In this document: positions 61,623 through 64,000 of the stretch, piece by piece
How positions within the stretch are numbered: the stretch's first letter is position 1
How the letters are laid out: each line of letters starts with the position of its first letter
Source of the DNA: Macrostomum lignano
Taxonomy: Eukaryota
Assembly (NCBI GenBank): GCA_002269645.1
Contig: NIVC01002069.1
Location: 62,001-126,000, forward strand
Reading direction: 5' to 3'
DNA length: 64,000 nucleotides
Translations under genes and position numbers: made by a program
Notes under the pieces: generated by a model
Seen by the model: the letters and a program-made list of their open reading frames with translations, nothing else
Databases searched by the model: none
What the model was told of the DNA's origin: nothing

Positions 61623-63981
61623 ATGATGAAATCTCGCCAGTCGCCAATGGAGCCGGAGGCGGACAGAGGCGCTTACAATAGTCGGCCATCGACAGGCGCT
61701 GAGTCAGCTGCAACACTGGCCGATTCAACATGTTTCAATTCTGTTGGAGAGGTGCGTGCAGTGATTCTGTGTACTTTTCTTGCGATTTATACTCGTACAG
61801 TACCCAGTAGGTAAATTCTAAAGTTAAATCACTTTTAAAACTCTGAATGGTCGACTGACTGTCTTTAAAGCTGCCATTAAAGCTCTGGATGGTTAACCAC
61901 TGGCTTGTGCTCTGGATGGTTAACCACTGGCTTGCACAGCTCTGGATGGTTAACCACTGGCTTGCACAGCTCTGGATGGTTAACCACTGGCTGTTAAAGC
62001 TCTGGATGGTTAACCACTGGCTTGCACAGCTCTGGATGGTTAACCACTGGCTGTTAAAGCTCTGGATGGTTAACCACTGGCTGTTAAAGCTCTGGATGGT
62101 TAACCACTGGCTTGCACAGCTCTGGATGGTTAACCACTGGCTGTTAAAGCTCTGGATGGTTAACCACTGGCTTGTACAGCTCTGGATGGTTAACCACTGG
62201 CTGTTAAAGCTCTGGATAGTTAACCACTGGCTTGTACAGCTCTGGATAGTTAACCACTGGCTTGTACAGCTCTGGATGGTTAACCACTGGCTGTTAAAGC
62301 TCTGGATGGTTAACCACTGGCTTGCACAGCTCTGGATGGTTAACCACTGGCTTGCACAGCTCTGGATGGTTAACCACTGGCTTGCACAGATCTGGATGGT
62401 CAACCACTGGCTTGCACAGCTCTGGATGGTTAACCACTGGCTTGCACAGCTCTGGATGGTTAACCACTGGCTGTTAAAGCTCTGGATGGTTAACCACTGG
62501 CTTGTACAGCTCTGGATGGTTAACCACTGGCTGTTAAAGCTCTGGATGGTTAACCACTGGCTTGCACAGCTCTGGATGGTTAACCACTGGCTTGCACAGC
62601 TCTGGATGGTCAACCACTGGCTTGCACAGCTCTGGATGGTTAACCACTGGCTGTTAAAGCTCTGGATGGTCAACCACTGGCTTGCACAGCTCTGGATGGT
62701 TAACCACTGGCTGTTAAAGCTCTGGATGGTTAACCACTGGCTTGTACAGCTCTGGATGGTTAACCACTGGCTGTTAAAGCTCTGGATGGTTAACCACTGG
62801 CTGTTAAAGCTCTGGATGGTTAACCACTGGCTGTTAAAGCTCTGGATGGTTAACCACTGGCTGTTAAAGCTCTGGATGGTTAACCACTGGCTTGCACAGC
62901 TCTGGATGGTTAACCACTGGCTGTTAAAGCTCTGGATGGTTAACCACTGGCTTGTACAGCTCTGGATGGTTAACCACTGGCTGTTAAAGCTCTGGATGGT
63001 TAACCACTGGCTTGCACAGCTCTGGATGGTTAACCACTGGCTTGCACAGCTCTGGATGGTCAACCACTGGCTTGCACAGCTCTGGATGGTTAACCACTGG
63101 CTGTTAAAGCTCTGGATGGTCAACCACTGGCTTGCACAGCTCTGGATGGTTAACCACTGGCTGTTAAAGCTCTGGATGGTTAACCACTGGCTTGTACAGC
63201 TCTGGATGGTTAACCACTGGCTGTTAAAGCTCTGGATGGTTAACCACTGGCTGTTAAAGCTCTGGATGGTTAACCACTGGCTGTTAAAGCTCTGGATGGT
63301 TAACCACTGGCTGTTAAAGCTCTGGATGGTTAACCACTGGCTTGCACAGCTCTGGATGGTTAACCACTGGCTGTTAAAGCTCTGGATGGTTAACCACTGG
63401 CTTGTACAGCTCTGGATGGTTAACCACTGGCTGTTAAAGCTCTGGATGGTTAACCACTGGCTGTTAAAGCTCTGGATGGTTAACCACTGGCTGTTAAAGC
63501 TCTGGATGGTTAACCACTGGCTGTTAAAGCTCTGGATGGTTAACCACTGGCTGTTAAAGCTCTGGATGGTTAACCACTGGCTTGTACAACTCTGGATGGT
63601 TAACCACTGGCTTGTACAGCTCTGGATGGTTAACCACTGGCTGTTAAAGCTTTGGATGGTTAACCACTGGCTTGCACAGCTCTGGATAGTTAACCACTGG
63701 CTTGTACAGCTCTGGATGGTTAACCACTGGCTGTTAAAGCTCTATAGTGATAACTGTTTTTGTCCATCATTTCGACTGACAGACGTTTATTGGCAAAACC
63801 TTGAGCAATTTCGAATCTTACTATCGCATATTGCAGTCTAAAATCCTTATTTCCATTCGACTTCTACGTCAATTCCCACAGCGCAAGAAGATGCGCCTAT
63901 TCATCTGCCACGAAAACGGTCGCAACACGATGGACGTGCCCGAAGGAAAAACTGTAGGTGCCATTAAACAGATCATCAAAG
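61623..63981 (+). CDS. 5' part of a ubiquitin-like-domain protein (ANKUB1-like); candidate exons 61623-61751 and 63882-63981, continuing beyond the window
   Basis: MRLFICHENGRNTMDVPEGKTVGAIKQIIK (ATG 63891) has the UBL N-terminal pattern and resembles ANKUB1 as I recall it. It ends at an AAAG|GTGAG donor. The upstream exon ends GAG|GTGCGT and joins in frame at CAG|CGC. The true start is uncertain (61623 or 63891). Confidence 0.5.
61880..63742. repeat. 30-bp minisatellite (about 62 units): constant 21 nt plus a three-state variable 9 nt, with a 450-bp higher-order duplication
   Basis: CTCTGGATGGTTAACCACTGG followed by CTTGCACAG, CTGTTAAAG or CTTGTACAG. Confidence 0.98.
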
Positions 63982-64000
63982 GTGAGCACTGACTGTGTAC

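Noticed and set aside
61880-63742. CRISPR-like repeat-spacer appearance
   Set aside because: The variable segments are only 9 nt and come from three reused alleles. There are no cas genes and the context is eukaryotic.
61735-63841. 650-aa (+) and 462-aa (-) ORFs (MVNHWLxxLW / SQWLTIQS repeats)
   Set aside because: They arise because the 30-bp unit is a multiple of 3 and stop-free in those frames. The array lies in a predicted intron, and the Trp-rich repeat has no splice or domain support.
1-64000. Hammerhead ribozymes in repeats (scanned by eye for CTGANGA...GAAA)
   Set aside because: The CTGATGA hits examined (e.g. ~2795, ~10599, ~36318, ~45606) lack a stem II closed by GAAA. An Infernal search with Rfam hammerhead/HDV models would be decisive.

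Overview
This is eukaryotic, intron-rich animal DNA, not prokaryotic. Its style (GC-rich exons with poly-Ala/Gln, AT-rich introns packed with minisatellites, AG acceptors just before start codons) resembles the free-living flatworm Macrostomum; the species is an inference. I reconstructed exon chains by hand from splice sites and frame continuity. Five co-oriented + strand housekeeping genes lie in a row: NIPP1/PPP1R8, MRPL40, PPWD1, a plant/fungal-type Mn-CDF (MTP) transporter and RanBP2/Nup358. RanBP2 carries an internally duplicated RanBD-ZnF exon whose copies differ only at synonymous sites. On the - strand lies a six-exon gene that the ORF track does not resolve. It encodes a 427-aa type-I membrane protein with a SEA-like ectodomain, uses a GC-AG intron and has two RFX X-box-like motifs upstream. 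Further along are two intact tandem M-Ras paralogues and the start of a ubiquitin-like-domain (ANKUB1-like) gene. The rest is at least 15 distinct tandem arrays (several with higher-order structure), CORE-type tRNA-SINEs, several MITE families, LINE relics and a Gypsy pol relic. I found no CRISPR array, rRNA or genuine tRNA gene.
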